A DNA stretch of 64,000 bases from Laetmonice hystrix (Eukaryota), in assembly GCA_965235115.1 (NCBI GenBank), contig OZ249436.1:51646001-51710000 (forward strand), given 5' to 3'. The position numbers were made by a program, and so were the translations under genes. This document shows, in pieces, positions 61,212-64,000 of this stretch. Positions within the stretch are counted from its first letter, which is position 1. Each line of letters begins with the position of its first letter. The notes beneath the pieces are model-generated. The model was not told where the DNA came from and did no database searches. It saw only the letters and a program-made list of their open reading frames with translations.

Positions 61212-64000
61212 ATTGTAATGTGTGCAAGGGGTTTGCCAAACTCAACTTTGGGAATAGGCTGTGAACTTGAGTGTCAGAGCAGTCAATGTTATATGTCATG
61301 GTAGATTTAGAAATTTTATATAGATTTTCAAAGAAGTCGGTTGAGGATTTAAATCTGCAAATATTTTTGCATTTGTTATGTTTCCTTTGTATGTACCGGG
61401 ATGGTTGATTCTATAGTTAATGTTTGAAGCTCAACTTTTCTGTGGCTGCCAGGCCTGCCTTTGTTCCCCTGCTCCTGGTCCAATCAAATCCTTTCCAGCA
61501 ATAAAATCAAATTGTTGGGGAATAAACCTGTAAATTTGGTCTGCAAACCTTTTCGTCAGTAGGATAGTTCTGATGAGGTTTGAAGGTTACTTGGCAAGTT
61601 GCAGAACATTGTGTACTTTGTGTCACATGCCGTCCACGTGCTTACTTCGTTCATGTTCACTTTCAATCGTGAAGTGAGGAACGAATTTTCAGAAATTGTG
61701 GTGCAGCTCGTACAGTATAGAATTGAGAAACCAACTAACATGGAGAGTTTGAAAAATAAGCTCTTGCTGTACAAAAATAGTACTTTAATACCCTTGCTTT
61801 CATTTATGTCATAGCCATACAGAGAATATATTTAATAGGACCGTGATGTTTAGTACATGTATAGATTTTATTTTGCAGGATTCCCCCCTCTAAATATTCT
61901 GTTCAGATTCAGTATACCCTAACAGCAGTTGTGCCTTTACCTGTATTGGAGGCACAGTGGTGAGTCATAAGATTCATTATTTAGTGTAGCTTCCACATAT
62001 TGGTATATCATTATTATTAATATTTTATGCTGAAATAGCATGTTGAACTTACAGCCTGTATTTTATCTGTGTATACGTATCAAAAGTATAATATAAGCAC
62101 GTACTACATTTTAAGCTACCGGTACTTGTACATCTGTAATGAATCTTTCATTAATTTCCGTCTTGAGTGGAAGACCTCAGGAACAGTAAATAATTCTACT
62201 GGGAGAAAACTATTGCATGGTATCTATTTGTTAAAATTCTTAAAAAATGAATAAAGGGTCACTGAACCTGAAAAGTGACTTGCAGATGGACTTCTTAGAA
62301 AACCAGAGGGACAGAAAATATTTTACTGTTTTAGTTATTTACATCGAAAACTCTCCCCGTGTTATTTCTGTAAAAAAAATCCAGCCTGTCAGAAGTGCTA
62401 AGTCCTGTGTGAAATATTGCTAATATAGTACTAAAACGTTCAGATGTTTTTATGGGAAGGAATAAGTTATAAAATAATATTGCGGTATAAAACTGTCAGT
62501 TTTCCCACTTTATTTAGGACTATCTGGGCATTGACAGCTTGATTTGTGTCTTTTAAAATATGTTGAAGCAGTCACCCACTTGAATATTCTTGTCTGTGGT
62601 ATTTTCTATACAAAAATATGATCAGCTTTCTAATGGAATAATTATGTAACATTCTGCAGTGTTATCCTCATTATGGCTCCATTTTCCAGTACCTTTTGTG
62701 TAATTGAATCAGATACAAAAATCGGAAGCGGTGCATAGCACGGATAGTATGTTATAATAAATGTGTACCGATACAGTTAGTCAACATTTCCGGACTAGGT
62801 CTGAGGGAAGTTATACATGTACTGGGATCTTTGGAAAATGTACACAAAATATTGAAATCAATTAGGGATAATTGGCCCAGCAACACTGCTGCAGGCGGTT
62901 GGCAGGAATTTCTTAGATCAGTTTATGGAATTTGACAAAGAATTCCATCTTAAGTTGGTCAGTTCATCAAAAATTTAATAAGACTGCATTAATACTCGCT
63001 TCACTCCTTTGATATTTACTGACGATTTGGGTAGATGGCAACAGCAGCAGTAGCATATAGTAGGCATATATGCAACCGGTATCTTGTCCAGAAAAATGGA
63101 CATATAATATGGACTTGGTCACGATGATAACATGGAAGTATGCATGTTCCTTAGAGGAAAATAAAGCAAATATATTCTTAACTTTTGTGTGTAGTATTCA
63201 ATTGTCATTAAAAATTGTCATAGCCTTCCACGAGATCTCCAGTACGTGTACACGTATATAATAATACATAAGGCTAGCACTTTTGCTACATCAGAGGAGA
63301 GGTTCACCGATTTAGATCGGACCAAAAGCAGTTGGTATAATGTGGGGGTGAGTGGGAACTGATCTAACCATTCTCGATCTGGATCGGTTCCGAAATAGTA
63401 GTGTCAATGTGCCACTACTGCTGGGGGTCATGCATTGGTTTCAACACTAAAACGTCTAACCCAGTCTGGCCACGAAAAAAAGCCAGACGGGTTGACTAGT
63501 TCAACTATGCACACTCTGGCAGATACTCACAAAAGCACAGGGTAAGGGCACTCGGAACGCTGATGCTGCTTTTGATTGGCTGTTCCCCGGTCATATCCGG
63601 AGACATTGATGGTGAGCCGAGTGAGGGTAAGGGTTACGTCCAATCAAACTCAGGAAAAATTGTGGCAGGGCCTTGGAACCCTGCCAAAAACATAGCATTC
63701 ACGATTCTTCACCATACCTGGGCAAAACAGCTGGAATTGGGATCAATTTCAGGATCAAAGCTATCTTAGAATAGCATTTTTATGGCCTATTGTTTCATTG
63801 TAGAGGCTTGGATTTTGGATGAGAGTTTTAAGCCTCCGCAAAAGCCAGGGTCATATCGAGGCAGTCAGGTTTACCAATGGAGAAAATGGTGCATCCCTGG
63901 GAAAAGCAACCCTACCGCCAGTACCAGAAACTGATAAACCTGCCGAAGACAGGGTCAGGGTGGGAAAATTAGTGATATTTTCATTCTCTGACCGATATCT

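Noticed and set aside
61584-61814. Stop-free ~76-codon frame (RLLGKLQNIVYF...) after the hAT element
   Set aside because: No recognisable domain, no convincing splice sites, and comparable frames on both strands.
213-63769. The many 60-200 aa ORFs of the supplied track as independent genes
   Set aside because: Eukaryotic intron-rich DNA: they are single exons with intronic run-ons, antisense shadows (e.g. 998-1363, 14547-14849, 44871-45245) or chance frames with TTG/GTG starts.
63480-64000. Coding-like GC-richer end of the window (FHA-like YVFGR, DIRS-like WRKW fragments)
   Set aside because: Motif resemblances are short, lie in different frames and strands, and are interrupted by stops; unresolved without flanking sequence or a search.

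Overview
Intron-rich eukaryotic (marine invertebrate bilaterian-type) genomic DNA; not prokaryotic, and no CRISPR, rRNA or intact tRNA gene is visible. Most entries of the supplied ORF track are spurious or single exons. Hand-splicing at GT-AG junctions with consistent frame gives six complete genes: TTC37/SKI3 (+, 43 coding exons, ~1553 aa), CKS1/2 (-, 3 exons, 80 aa), SHC adaptor (+, 12 exons, 477 aa), ZCCHC9 (-, 5 exons, 322 aa), ODF3-like/SHIPPO-repeat (-, 5 exons, 253 aa) and maspardin SPG21 (+, 8 exons, 320 aa). CKS-SHC and ODF3-SPG21 are divergent pairs. The block appears to be ancient microsynteny of the vertebrate 1q/5q/9q/15q/19p paralogon (recalled, needs checking). Non-coding DNA holds many mobile elements: hAT-, piggyBac-, Mutator- and Harbinger-like MITEs, several with intact TIRs/TSDs, a 5'-truncated LINE, a tRNA-SINE head, and decayed Crypton-, Academ- and LINE-ORF1-like relics plus a probable LamG-repeat pseudogene. 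The most unusual items are an intronic tandem repeat that multiplies a TTC37 3' splice site, two cargo-bearing TIR elements (one with an in-window empty-site paralog), a sense LINE poly(A) signal in the ZCCHC9 5'-UTR intron and a Crypton-like recombinase relic. No wholly new biological system can be demonstrated from sequence alone.
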